NCBI GenBank assembly: GCA_964016885.1
Contig: OZ024746.1
Span: 75,206,001 to 75,270,000 of the forward strand
DNA length: 64,000 nt
Source of the DNA: Eledone cirrhosa
Lineage: Eukaryota
Direction of reading: 5' to 3'
The position numbers and the translations under genes are program-made. Every line of letters starts with the position of its first letter. The first letter of the stretch is position 1. Positions 1 through 13,100 of the stretch are shown here, one piece after another. The notes under the pieces were generated by a model. That model made no database searches. It worked only from the letters and a program-made list of their open reading frames with translations, and was not told the DNA's origin.

Positions 1-221
1 GGGGAGGGGACATATAAAACAAGTGTTGATTAACAAGTGTAATTATTTATCTAAGGCGGCGATCTTGACAGAGTCGTCAGAACGTAGAATAGGATATTTT
101 GCGTTATTCGTTCCGACTCTCTGCGTTCTAGGTTCAACTTACCATTCACCATTTTAATGTTGACGAATTTGTACCAACCTACTATTGAGGTCAATTCTTC
201 CTTTATCCTCCCCTCCACTTT

Positions 222-288
<67 letters not shown>

Positions 289-339
289 TGAAAATTTAAG
301 TAAGTAAGTTAATATATATATATTTAAGTAAGTAAGTTA

Positions 340-439
<100 letters not shown>

Positions 440-506
440 AATTTAAGTAAGTAAGTTAATTTTTTTTTTAATTTTTTAAAAAAATTTTCTTATTTTACGT
501 CTTTTA

Positions 507-545
<39 letters not shown>

Positions 546-547
<2 letters not shown>

Positions 548-678
548 CGAAGGAAATGTGGTAAGGAACCAGGTGGACCATAACGCACCAAATTACTCAA
601 TGCTTAGGGTAGTAGAGTGGGTAATAGGAACGAGTAGGACCCCGACGGCTGAGCTCAGCCGTCGGGGCCCTACTCGTT

Positions 679-682
<4 letters not shown>
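546..682. mobile_element. Fold-back remnant in (TA)n, family C (Penelope-like pLTR, hammerhead stem III region)
   Basis: Homologous to 1001-1200, 3737-3785 and 60590-60732; folds back at GAGCTC (651-656); (TA)n on both sides. Confidence 0.55.
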
Positions 683-732
<50 letters not shown>

Positions 733-733
<1 letters not shown>

Positions 734-912
734 GTTATTCCGGGTTGAATCGGAGGTAACCACGGTAAGTAAGGTACTCAATACATTGCAGAGTATAAAG
801 GCTTTAATATAGATGAGATTCTACAGGACTAGAACTGTTTCATTCTTTAGAAATCATCAGAATTCCTGATGATTTCTAAAGAATGAAACAGTTCTAGTCC
901 TGTAGAATCTCA

Positions 913-916
<4 letters not shown>
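733..916. mobile_element. Fold-back remnant in (TA)n, family A (Penelope-like pLTR) with hammerhead motif
   Basis: Perfect inverted repeat of about 51 bp per arm (810-860 / 866-916); minus arm continues into ATTAAA; (TA)n flanks. Confidence 0.6.
862..908 (+). ncRNA. Type I hammerhead ribozyme-like motif
   Basis: Stem I ATTC/GAAT; core CTGATGA (866-872); stem II TTC-TAAA-GAA closed by a non-canonical U-U; GAAA (885-888); stem III ACAG/CTGT; cleavage triplet GUA (902-904). Confidence 0.55.
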
Positions 917-1000
<84 letters not shown>

Positions 1001-1002
<2 letters not shown>

Positions 1003-1200
1003 CAGGATCCGGACGGCTGAGCTCCGGCCGTTTCGACAACTAGATCCGAACAGATCTAGCGTTCGGATCTAGCTGTCGAAACAGCCGGAGCTCAGCCGTC
1101 GGGGTCCGGATTCTTTTCCTATTACCCACTCTACTACCCTTAAGTATCGAGTACTCTGGTGCGTTATGGTCCACCTGGTATCTTACCACACCTTCTTTGT
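1001..1200 (+). mobile_element. Family C fold-back remnant with the 3' half of a hammerhead in both arms
   Basis: Inverted duplication around about 1055; left arm reads GAAACGGC-cggagctca-GCCGTC on the minus strand (5-bp stem III, GUC site); flanked by (GA)n and (TA)n. Confidence 0.55.
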
Positions 1201-1201
1201 C

Positions 1202-1323
<122 letters not shown>

Positions 1324-1753
1324 TACTCCTTCACTCTCCTTCTCTGGAAGAAATCAGGCCTAGAGAGATGGTGGGATCTGATAGATTTAAAAATCCCATG
1401 ACACGCCGTATGTTGCTACAGCGTCCCTACAACTCCATCGGCAGTTACTTGTTAATACATGCACAATTGTTTATCTATGAGAAGTTCCCTAAAGAAAAAA
1501 AACTCCTTAAGTCAACTATAATTCGGGAGCTTATTAGCTGGAATAAATAAATCATGAGTAAATAAAATAAAGGAAACTAAGAAATTACCAAGTGTCAGTA
1601 AGCTATCTCATTATAGAGTTATCCAGCGTATATTCTAAGATACAGCAGAACTAAGAAGACATCTTATATAATTAGTCAATACTGACATCTAGGTATTAGA
1701 AGTCTATACATCACACACACACACAAACATACATACATATATATATATATATA

Positions 1754-1841
<88 letters not shown>

Positions 1842-1893
1842 TGTGTGTGTGTCTGTGTCTGTGTGTGTCTGTGTCTGTGTGTGTATGTGTGTC

Positions 1894-1937
<44 letters not shown>

Positions 1938-2014
1938 CACGTGCGTGTGTGTGTGTGTGTGTGCGTGTATGTGTGTGTGTGTCTGTGTGTATGTGTGTGT
2001 GTGTGTTGTGTGTG

Positions 2015-2122
<108 letters not shown>

Positions 2123-2619
2123 ATACGTACATATGAAAGATAAAGAATAATCCACTTAAAGTTATTCAAGTATACAAAAGAAATTTTATTCTCATATTAA
2201 GTATATATACTCAGATAAACTCGAAACAAGTCAATAGGATATTCTTTGCATAATCGCTTGAAATACAATGAGATTTCAAAACATTTTCTAGTTTTGTCAA
2301 ACTCACGCATTTGAAAGAATATAAAAACTTCGGCATACCTACTTTTACAATGCACCGAAATAAATTTACCGTACACACATATATATATATTTCTGATCAC
2401 GCTTATAACTAAATATCTATTATACTTAAAAATATGGTATGGTATGGTCCAATAACTCCTGATGGTGTCCGTAGGGGTGCCGTAGTGACATACGACATTT
2501 CTTGGGCATTTTAAACTTAGCAGAGCCCATCCCTCTCCGGGTCTGAATACAGAAGATTTCTTCCAGAGAAAGATAGAAAGTGAGAAATTGGAAATGAGAA
2601 AGAGATATAGAGGAAGAAT

Positions 2620-2775
2620 TGACCCCAGTATTAGACTGGTACTTTTTTTATCGACCTCGAAAGGATGAAAGGCAAAGTTGACCTCGGTGGGATTTGAACT
2701 CAGACAGCAGATAGGCGGAACGAATACCATAAAGCATTCTATCAGATGCTCTAACGACTCTGCCAATTCGCCACC
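2620..2775 (-). mobile_element. tRNA-derived SINE (older copy)
   Basis: A/B boxes plus the central GCCTTTCATCCTT..GGTCGATAAAA..GTACCAG block shared with the other copies. Confidence 0.75.
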
Positions 2776-2786
2776 TACCAAATATA

Positions 2787-3420
2787 TACGAGGGGGATCC
2801 AAAAAGTTTGTGGAAACAGTACATAGCTAAACATCATATGCTGGGATTTTGATCTCAATGTACCTGTAATATTCTATTACTAACGTGTCATAACTGTTTC
2901 TACTTTTGGCACAAGGCCAGCAATTATTCCAGTATATTACTGGTACTTTATTTTATCGACCCCGTAAGGATGAAAGGCAAAGTTAACCTCGGTTCTAACA
3001 TGAAACCTTAAATGCATGTTATAACGCGTCGCCACCAGTCGGAAGTCAGCACCCGCTCGAGCAACATGGCTTCCATCGAAACATCAAATTCATGGTGAAG
3101 CTAGGGTGGAAGAGCAACTAAATCATTGACGCTCTGGATCACGTTTATGAGGACAATGCCTCAAAGAAATCAACAACCGACAAGTGGATAAGTCGCTTTA
3201 GAAGTGGAAGAGATGAGGTTGAAGATGTAAAAAAAAAAGCTGCTTTGACATGGTTTAAATCGCATGGCCCTCGATTTTACACAAGTTGACTTACAGGCTG
3301 GTCTCAACGCCTGCAGAAGTATATTGACCTAGATGGAGCATATTTTGAAAAATAAACATAAGTTAAACCGTTTTTTTTCCAACTGCCCTTTTTTCCCCGA
3401 ACTTTTTGAAGCACCCTCTT
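2787..3420 (+). mobile_element. Internally deleted mariner (irritans/Hsmar2-like) with a nested SINE fragment
   Basis: TIR-like ends CGAGGGGGATCCAAAAAGTTTGTGGAAA and TTCCCCGAACTTTTTGAAGCACCCTC; transposase N-terminus NIKFMVKLGWKSN*IIDALDHVYEDNASKKSTTDKWISRFRSGRDEVED joined to C-terminus ALTWFKSHGPRFYTS*LTGWSQRLQKYIDLDGAYFEK*. Confidence 0.85.
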
Positions 3421-3668
3421 AGATATTCTCATAAAGGTTTCAGTAACAGGACAGTGGATATACTGGAGCATAGTCTTCGTGGAATTTAGTCGTATTTGTT
3501 TTCGTTAAAATCTGGTACTTATTATATCGATGTCTATTTGTTAAACTGCAAAGTTACAGGACATAAACAAACAGCAAACGTAGATACGGACACATATACA
3601 TACATATAAACATGTATACATATATCCATATATACATACAATATACATACATGTATATATGTGTGTGT

Positions 3669-3738
<70 letters not shown>

Positions 3739-3816
3739 CGAAGGAGGTGTGGTAAGGAACCAAATGGACCTGCCGTCGGGGTCACACATTTTCCCATATA
3801 TATATATATTTATATA

Positions 3817-3935
3817 TAGCTGAGTGGACAAGAGCAATATGTAATAAAGTGTCTAGCTCAAAGACACACTACTCCGCTGGGAATCGAGCTCACAACTTTA
3901 AGATTTTGAGCTGATTCCAATTAGCCACTTAGCCA
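3817..3935 (-). mobile_element. Second tRNA-SINE family (also about 32860-33000)
   Basis: AGCTGAGTGGAC..GAGCAA..TAAAGTGTCT.GCTCAA...GGAATCGA.CTCAC shared between the two loci; reverse-strand B-box-like motif. Confidence 0.55.
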
Positions 3936-4035
3936 ATGTGGCGTAGGAAACTATTTGTTTAATATGATTTACAGATATACCTACAGATAGAAATTTTACT
4001 TAAGAACAGTAAATAACATTTTAGTCAGGGTAGTT

Positions 4036-4113
<78 letters not shown>

Positions 4114-4457
4114 ACACGTGTTTGCTTGTGTATGTGTGAGTGTGTGTATAGGAAATGCCGCAGTAGTACTGTAAGGGATTTTAAAAAACAGTGCAAATTT
4201 AACGAAATTAGATAAAAGTTTAAATACACATATTTAGTCACACATGTATAAAGTACAGGCGCCTTGTCGTGTCTCTTATTAAAGTTTCATCAAGGTTTGC
4301 TTACATCACCTTTGTAATTAAATCTCAGCTGCCAATCTTGTAACATTCTGGGTGTAGTAGATGTAATTCGTCACCTGGTTTAACACCACCACCTGTTTTA
4401 TTTTTGTTTGGTTTTTTGTTGTGGTTTTTTGGGGGTTTTTTTTTGTCTTTAGCAAAC

Positions 4458-4465
4458 TTTTTATT
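4458..4465 (-). terminator. Candidate polyadenylation signal of the chitin-binding gene
   Basis: Minus-strand AATAAA about 170 nt downstream of exon 2. Confidence 0.4.
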
Positions 4466-4636
4466 GGAAATGACAAACATTTTGGGCTAGGTCTCCGGTT
4501 TGAAGACAATTTCCTTTTCTTCTTAAGATCTGGAAGGCCGTAAAAATATAGATGGCCGTAGGTACTACCGTTTCCTCTCTGAATAAATGGTACAAACACA
4601 GAGAAGAAAAAGAAATTATCAAGCAAATTTACTTAC

Positions 4637-4843
4637 AGACAACAACATGGCTTGGTATGACGCGGTTCTTACATTCTTCAGCTACCAAAAATCCTAGATC
4701 GCAGGTATAGTTCCTGGTAGAAAACAAAGTACTCTCTGGACATTGCATTGTGGCTACCACAGACCGGTTTGTGCAGGCCAAGAATTGAGCGCAGTTTTCT
4801 GGGTCTGGATTTATTCCATCAGGATTAATACAACGAGCATCAT
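4637..4843 (-). CDS. Exon 2 of the chitin-binding protein: second CBM14 domain (absent from the ORF track)
   Basis: Acceptor ttctcacatctttctag| at 4844; 207 nt, phase 1 to phase 1, in frame with exon 1: NDARCINPDGINPDPENCAQFLACTNRSVVATMQCPESTLFSTRNYTCDLGFLVAEECKNRVIPSHVVV; ends at GTAAGT (4636-4631). Confidence 0.88.
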
Positions 4844-5774
4844 CTAGAAAGATGTGAGAAAAAGAACAAATATAGGCATGGATTCAATTCATTGCGTTCA
4901 ATATATAATATAAGTGCAACAATGAGTTTTGTTGCAAGCAACTATTATTGTTTAGGTTAGATCTGATTGTATAGACCTGTGATCAAAGGGGGTGTAAATC
5001 ATAACACTGGATGAGAATCCCGAGAGCCTATAATATTGCAAAATGAGATCATTGATAGTTTGTAAAACCGAAAATCCAAGAGACAGAATATATACATCAG
5101 GAAAAAAGAAATTTTAAGAAGTAAATAAGGAATCATGTATGTCAGTTACAAATAATAAACACGTTATAGATGAAGTAATAAATTTAAACGGAATTGTCAT
5201 GGTTCTCATTTAAAGGAATGATCATCAACTGAGCAATATCATGTACCTCAAACATGAAATACAGATTCCTAAAATTAAATAATGACTTCTTACAATAAAA
5301 ATTCTTTTTGAGGTTTAGTAATTACTTCTAACATTGAATAAAGATTTCTAATACCGAATAAATTTTGTTGTGGTTAAATATTTTTAACGTTAAATAATAT
5401 TTTCTAAGATTAAATTATTATTTCCGAGATTTAATTATTATCTCCAGCATTAACTTGTTGAAATGAAACCACAGGTATATGTCCCCTGTATTAATATGTA
5501 TTAATAATTGTATACGGGATCAATTAAGTTATAATCCCGCATACAATTATTATCAGATTATGAGAAATCTATATTACTAAATACTTACAAATGCTTGATT
5601 ATTTTCAAAATCATTTATAGACAAGAGATAGTATCTTTCATGGGAAATATAGTAACGAAAGTATTAAATAATACTTTCTTATATTTAATAATGATATACA
5701 GCCTTAAATTATTGATCTTTACATTAAATAAAGTTTTTTTTTACATTAAATGACGATTTTTAATAGAAATAATG

Positions 5775-5813
<39 letters not shown>

Positions 5814-6414
5814 AAAAATCAATTGTATTCATGAAGCGTTGAGCAAGTTGTGAAATTTGAATGTGTATTGGTTTAACGGAAACTGCCTCAACATAAGTTT
5901 TTTTTTTAAATATAGAACATAGTCGAACAAGTTGGAAAGCAAGCAAACAACTAAATTTTGTAATTCTTCTGAAGCTCTACCATTCTTACCTCTACACCAC
6001 CTTTATTTTAAATGATGACATTGCCAAATTTTCCATGGGTTCCTTTTCCATGAAAAATATATCATTAAGTTTGGACTAACATAGTTCATGCAGTGAGTTA
6101 ATAAGCATGATTTATCAATTAAAAAGCGGGATTTATCAATTAAAAAACAGGATTTATCAATATAAAGATAAATATCATTAGCGTTAATGACAATTCTTGT
6201 AAAGAAGGCCAAGAGAGAGAACTCAAAATATAATTGATCAAAATTAAATGAACATAAATGTAGTAAGAACTGATTCAGAACCTTGGCAGTGACGGTGGCG
6301 ACTCCAGACATATGTTGGTCTTATTAACCGAAAAGATATAGTCTAACACCCAAGAATACCTAATATTGATAATAATTATCATAACTATAGTTATAATAAT
6401 GAAATCCAACTTAC

Positions 6415-6706
6415 TTATGGATGGCGTGGTAGGTGTTTGGTTACAGTCATCCCATTGTGACATGGGTATCACACAAGCATGACCTATGTTCGACCAAACT
6501 CGACTATCATTACAGTTTATCGACCAAATCTGTTTTCCTTGCACACAAAAATGCACCTTGGTGCAGTCATTTGGATCTCGTGTCCACTCAGATGTCCAAG
6601 GATCTCTACATCCTGGGTCAGCTCCAAAATTATCATCTTGGCTCTTGCTACACTGAACTAGTAATGAAACGAAAAATATGAAGAGTGAAGATTTCAAGTA
6701 TCGCAT
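6415..6706 (-). CDS. Exon 1 of a secreted chitin-binding (CBM14/peritrophin-A) protein: signal peptide plus first six-Cys domain
   Basis: ATG at 6706; hydrophobic leader MRYLKSSLFIFFVSLLVQCSKS; then CRDPWTSEWTRDPNDCTKVHFCVQGKQIWSINCNDSRVWSNIGHACVIPMSQWDDC, with six Cys and the DPxxC..F.C pattern of ChtBD2; PTTPS linker; phase-1 donor A|GTAAGT at 6414-6409. Confidence 0.88.
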
Positions 6707-6759
6707 GGTCTGTTAGGTTTGTCGTCTCAAATGAAAAGGCAGCTTCGTCAGATAGTTAC

Positions 6760-6770
6760 ACTATATATAG
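6760..6770 (-). promoter_or_regulatory. Candidate TATA box of the chitin-binding gene
   Basis: CTATATATAG about 55 nt upstream of the ATG, in non-repetitive sequence. Confidence 0.45.
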
Positions 6771-6879
6771 AAAGATAGAACGTCAATGTTCATAGTTCGT
6801 TTCTTCTTTTACTTAAGCAAATCACATATTTGTATTTCTGTAAATCTATATATTGCTCTATATATGTGTTGTTAATTTA

Positions 6880-6910
<31 letters not shown>

Positions 6911-6923
6911 TCCAGTATTCGCC

Positions 6924-6956
<33 letters not shown>

Positions 6957-7005
6957 TTATATACACACACACATATATATATAAACACACACACATATAT
7001 ATATG

Positions 7006-7130
<125 letters not shown>

Positions 7131-7327
7131 GTGTGTGTGTATGCGTATATATTTTTGTGTATATATGTATTTATATATATATATATTTGTGTATATACAT
7201 ATATATGTGTGTGTGTGTATATTCGTATATATTTTAGTGTATATATGTATTTATATATATATATATTTGTGTATATACATATATGTGTATGTGCACAGAG
7301 GTACATACACACGTCTGTTTGTAGTTT

Positions 7328-7378
<51 letters not shown>

Positions 7379-7545
7379 GTATATGTGTGTAAAACATTTG
7401 CTCACACTCACATACATATACACTAACACACGAACGCACACACATATTCACACACGCACGCACACACACACACACGCACACACACACACACACACACACG
7501 CACACACACACACACACACACATACACACACGCACACGCACGCGC

Positions 7546-7606
<61 letters not shown>

Positions 7607-8254
7607 TATACACACAAATATACACACAAATATATACACGACTGACAGAAAAGGAATTTCTCATGGTTATTTTTCATGTTTGTTGTGTCAGAAAAGTATA
7701 AAATATGTCTGACTTTTTTCCTTTTTTATAAATCTGCCCTACAGTTGTTGACGAAATTATCCAACATAATACCAAAGCCTCGCATCACAGTTTTGAGCAA
7801 GGCTATAGACGACTAACTAAACCCCAGTATATGACTGGTACATATTCTATCGACCTCCATTTCCACCCACAACCGAAGTATCAAATATGAGGAAATAAGC
7901 ATTCGATTATACCGAACCCAGTAGTTGTTTTGCAATATATTTACCGACCGCAGGGATTTCGTATCCTTTGTACGTGTAAAACCTAAGTTTTCCTTCTAAT
8001 ACGTTTATATACGAAGGTCAAGTGAAACATTCATAGGCTGACCAAGATACTCTCATGGAATGACCAAATGAGGTTTATTTGAATCCAGAACTTATGGAAT
8101 CGGAACAAATATTTCAAGGAATAATTTTGTCTGGCGCTCTACCAATTCTGCTATTACTACTAGCTAGGATAATGATAAAGAGGAACTTATGAAGGAAACT
8201 GATGAAGGCAGTGAATCTGAATAATGACGATATAAATGATGATGGTGATAATGA

Positions 8255-8410
8255 TAATTGTTTCTACTTTTGGCCCAAGGCCAGCAATTATCCCAGTGCA
8301 TTACTGGTACTTTATTTTATCGACTCCCGTAAGGATGACAGACAAAGTTAACCTCGGCGGGATTTGAACTCCGAACGTAAAGGGGCGTAACTCTATGCTA
8401 CAAAGCATGT
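8255..8410 (-). mobile_element. tRNA-derived SINE
   Basis: Same family consensus; AAT-rich tail at the left end. Confidence 0.75.
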
Positions 8411-8627
8411 CATGTCTCCCTATTTTATCTGACGAAAACGCAAATGTCATCGCATGATGATATTTGTTTTTGAAATGCGCATAATAAAATACATGGAACT
8501 CTTTTAACCATCTTTTGATCTTATATATTATTTATACTCCAGTCCTACAAACTGTAGAGTGCTACTTATTCGATATCTGCATTGCTTTATTGTACTACAA
8601 TAAAACTCACCTCCTACATATATATAT

Positions 8628-8681
<54 letters not shown>

Positions 8682-8931
8682 ATACTTTGGGAGGGTCATG
8701 TTGCCAATAAGAAACACACGCACCAGTTGCTTTCACTTCAATTTATTATAATAAATTTATAAATTTAGGAATTTACAAATTTCCGGTTGGTTGGTTGGTT
8801 CTACAACCAGATGATTGTTTATATATTGTCAAAATTCTTTCGTCACACATTCTGTGACCTCTTCAGTGACTGGGGATTCTTTTCTTTGTTTTTGTGCCTC
8901 TCCTTTGTTCTGTCCTACGCCATCTTGTTTT

Positions 8932-9018
<87 letters not shown>

Positions 9019-9805
9019 ATATGTATGTATGTTTGTATGTATGTATGCATGTATGTATCTTACCCCATGCCCCATACATTACTAGCCATGTCAGATGACA
9101 TATTCATCAGAATTATTATCATAATCATATTTAACATTACCACCACAATCACCATCACCATCACCTTCATTATAATGATTACCTCCGCCATCACCACCAC
9201 TACTACCACCACCATCATCATCATCATCATCAACATGACCATCATATTTCAGTTATATAAGTGTTCTTGACATGTTGGTGTCTCTGTACGTGATTCTCAG
9301 ATGTTGTATGTGGCTACCTGTGACTAAAGTTCAATAGGTTAACTACACCACACTGTGTACCTATAGAGTCACTGTCCTTTTCACAGATTCACAGACAACT
9401 GTACATAACTGAACACAGCATCTGTGTGGTGGTGGTGGTGGTGGTGGTGGTGGTGGCGGCGGCGGCGGCGCCGTCGGGGTGGTTGTGGTGATGGTGGTGA
9501 TGGTGGTGGCGGCGACGGTGTTGGTTATGGTGATGATAGTGGTGTCGTTTGTTATATTTTTTTTAATGATCCTCGAGTGTTTTTAGTGTGGTTTGCTCTA
9601 TTGAAAGTATCGGAACGAGATTTCTGATATGAGCAACGTACTCGCTTCGCTTCGTTCTCCTTCTTACCGAGGCACTGGAAAGGTTCCTGTGTGCCGCCAT
9701 TGCTCTTCTGACTAAAGAGTAAAAAATAAAAAAGGACCGCATTGATTTCACTTGTCTGAATATATTGGATATGTGATCTGCCCTGCCTCACTTAACTAAC
9801 TTCTA

Positions 9806-9806
9806 G

Positions 9807-9886
<80 letters not shown>

Positions 9887-9887
9887 C

Positions 9888-9920
<33 letters not shown>
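9806..9920. repeat. (GATA)n microsatellite at the 3' end of Tx1-like copy 1
   Basis: Directly abuts the element end, 7 nt after a minus-strand AATAAA; no poly(A). Confidence 0.95.
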
Positions 9921-9921
<1 letters not shown>

Positions 9922-10184
9922 GTTTCTTTTATTTGCCACTAGGGCATCAAAAGTGGGACAAGTACAAAGGGGGGAGTTTACACAAAAAGGCGTCCTCAAT
10001 AAGGAGGAGGCAATAACAAAATATAAAAATAAAATAAGATATAACAAAAAATAAAATTTTTAACAAAATCCTCAATAGAGAGGAGGCGCCTTGGGGGGTC
10101 GCACACACCCCCGAAAAAAGTGTGCAACCCTTTTCCTCAGGAGCACAGAGAGGGGGTGCTCCCTCGTTCCTTCCTCTTTTCCAC

Positions 10185-13100
10185 CTACAGGCTTATGTAA
10201 AGAGAAGGCCCATTCACACGGGCCATTCTCGCCACTTTCACCCACCTTTCATAAAAACGACTGGGGTGCCGCACCTCTCTCTCCATCCTGATCCTTCTTC
10301 CGAAATGATATCGGAAGAAACGGACCAGTTGTTGGCCAGAGAGAAAGGTGCCTGACCTCAGTCCTTTCAGACGCGTCCACCATACAACCTCTTTCGCCAT
10401 GGCTATTACGCACAGAAACACCGCCTCTGCTTCATCTTTGAAGGGGGGAGGCGGCTTGATCATTACAATAGACTCGGTGGTCAACCGGATCGGTCCCACC
10501 CTTGACAGCAGTTGTTCGACATAGCCCCACAGATCGGCTACGCCCGAGCAGTGTACCAATGCGTGTGCAACGGTTTCCTCGTCGCACACGCATCTGGGAC
10601 AGATCTTTTTGGCGGGGTCCCTACCCGGGCGCCCGTGTCTGTAGAGCCTTTCTCGAACGGGTAAAGCCCCTCGGTAGCACTGCCAGGCCAGGGACTTCTG
10701 GAAGTTGTCCATAGGTCCCGGGCTGAATGTCCTACCGAACAGGCCGGCCAGTTCGTCCTCCTCCATGTCTAGGGCTTCTCCGAGGGCGTCGTCGCACCTG
10801 CTGCGTACCAGCCCTCTATAGAATGTTGCGGTGGAATCTCCACTGATAACCGGATCCGCCTGCCAGAGGGCGGTGAGCGCCTGGGCACACTCAGTGTGCC
10901 AGGCGCCCAGTTTTCTCGGTCTTTGCTTGACCCAGGATTGCAGCTCGGTGAGTGAGACGAGTCTGGGAAAGGTTCGTCTCACAAACGAGGCCCACACCGG
11001 TTGTCCGGTGAGGAATACGTAGAGGTGCCGTAGCCTTAATGCGTGTTTACGCATCATTAGCCACGGCATCCCCAGCCCTCCTTTCGAAGGGTGTTGACAG
11101 CAGATGGATCTCCTCACCATAGGAGCCCGCCCCTTCCAAAGGAATTGGAAGAGCGCGCGCTCCATCTTGGTGAGGGTTTCCCTTGGGCAGGGCACTACGG
11201 TCAGGCGGTAGTAGATGACGGACGCTATATAAGTGTTCGCCACCTCCGCCCGACCTTTCAGGGATAGTTTGCAACTGGCCCACTTCTGGGTCAGTGCAAA
11301 CACCCTGTTCGTAACCTCCGCCCAGTTTTTCTCCACCTGGAGGTCCGGTCCGAACCAGACCCCGAGCAACTTCACCGGGCCCTCCGTCCAGCGTCCGACG
11401 ACGCCATCGGAGGGCATCGGTCTGCCCCTCCACGTGCCGAGTTGCAAACCGATCGACTTGTCCCGGTTCAGCTTAGCCCCTGTGAACATTTCGTACTCCT
11501 CCAGTAAGGTGCCGACCGCCTCGATTTCGGAGGCCGTCGACACCATTACTGTCACATCATCGGCGTAGGCTGACACCGCTTTCCGCAATCCCGGTTCCAA
11601 AGGGATGCCCTGCAACAACTCCAACTTCCGCAGTAGTGGCTCGAGAGTCAACACATGCAGAAGGGAGGAGAGAGGGCACCCTTGTCGGATGGACCGCGCG
11701 ATTTTGAACGGCTCCGAGAGGTAGCCGTTCACCTTGACCCTAGAGCAGATGCGGCTGCTGTGCATAGCAGTGATCCAGCCCCTGAAAACGGGTCCGAAGC
11801 CTGCCGCCGCTAGCACCGCAGCCAGGTAACCATGGTCGACCCTATCGAACGCCTTTGATTGATCCAAGTTGATCAGAGCCCCACCAAAGCCGGGTTCGTT
11901 CCCAACCCTCTCTATGATGTATCGCATGAGGTGGAGGTTGTCATGGATGGACCTGGACGGGATAGCGCATGTCTGCGCATCTCCCACCAGGTTGCCCACG
12001 ACAAGCGCCAACCTCTTTGCTAGCACCTTGGCCAAAATCTGTAACTCTGTATTTAGCAGAGTTATGGGCCTGAAGTTACTTATTTCGTCCCCCTTGTTCT
12101 CGTCCTTCCTCACTAGCGTGACTACGCCCTTGGTCACAGTACAGGGAATTCTCCCGTTCTGTTGCCAGTTGCAGTAGACCGCCTCGAGGAGATCGGGGAA
12201 CAAGTCCGGCATAGCTAGATATAATTCGTAAGGAAGACCATCGAGACCCGGGGATTTGCGTTTGCCGCATTGGCCCAGCACGTCCTCTATCTCAGCGGCC
12301 GAAATCGGCTCCTCGCAAGACTTCGCCTCCCTGTCCGAGAGGCGCGGCAGGCCGTCGAGGTATGGACCGAAGTCCACGTTTCCAACCGGCTCCCCGCCCC
12401 TCCCGAACAGTCGGGTAAAGTGCCTTTGAAAGGCCTCACACATCTGCTTAGGCTCAAGAATCGCCCGTCCATCCAGATCTCGCAAAGACCGGATGGTGGA
12501 TTTAGTTCCACTGTTGGCCTCTGTCACGCGGGCCCAGCTAACAGCTTTGGCCCCCTCGTTCCCTAGAGCACGTATTTTACTTCGGACAACGCAGCCTTCG
12601 TGCTTCGCGTCGAAAAACTGACTCAAAGCCGTTCTCGACGCTAGCACTCTGGCCACGTCGCCGCTTCTAATTGCCTCTTCTACTCTATCTATTAGCTCCC
12701 TTTCCTTCCTATTCCTATCCGCAGCTAGAACCTTACTAAATTCAATGGAGACTACTCTAATCTCTCTCTTTAGAGATACCCACCACCTGCTGTTGACGAT
12801 CGCTCCAGTCAACCGTTCCTTAACTAACGTACTAATCCGATTCCTGTAGGCTTTACTTGCCGGCAAGGACAAGTTGAGCTTCCAGTAACCGGGGCCCTGT
12901 CTATGCGTTCTATCAAGGTTGACCATGCAGGTCACCAACTTGTGGTCTGAATAGCCAACCATGAGCATTTCTGGACAACTTAAAAAGTCCCTGTCCTTAT
13001 TTCTAACTAAAAATCTGTCTAGGTACGATCTAGATGATCCGCTGCGATTTGACCAAGACCAGGTTGGCACCGTCGGAAAATCTAGTCGAAATCTATCGGC

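Noticed and set aside
6275-6414. Hydrophobic C-terminal tail of the 143-aa ORF read as a transmembrane helix
   Set aside because: Lies past the GTAAGT donor; intronic ATT-rich sequence.
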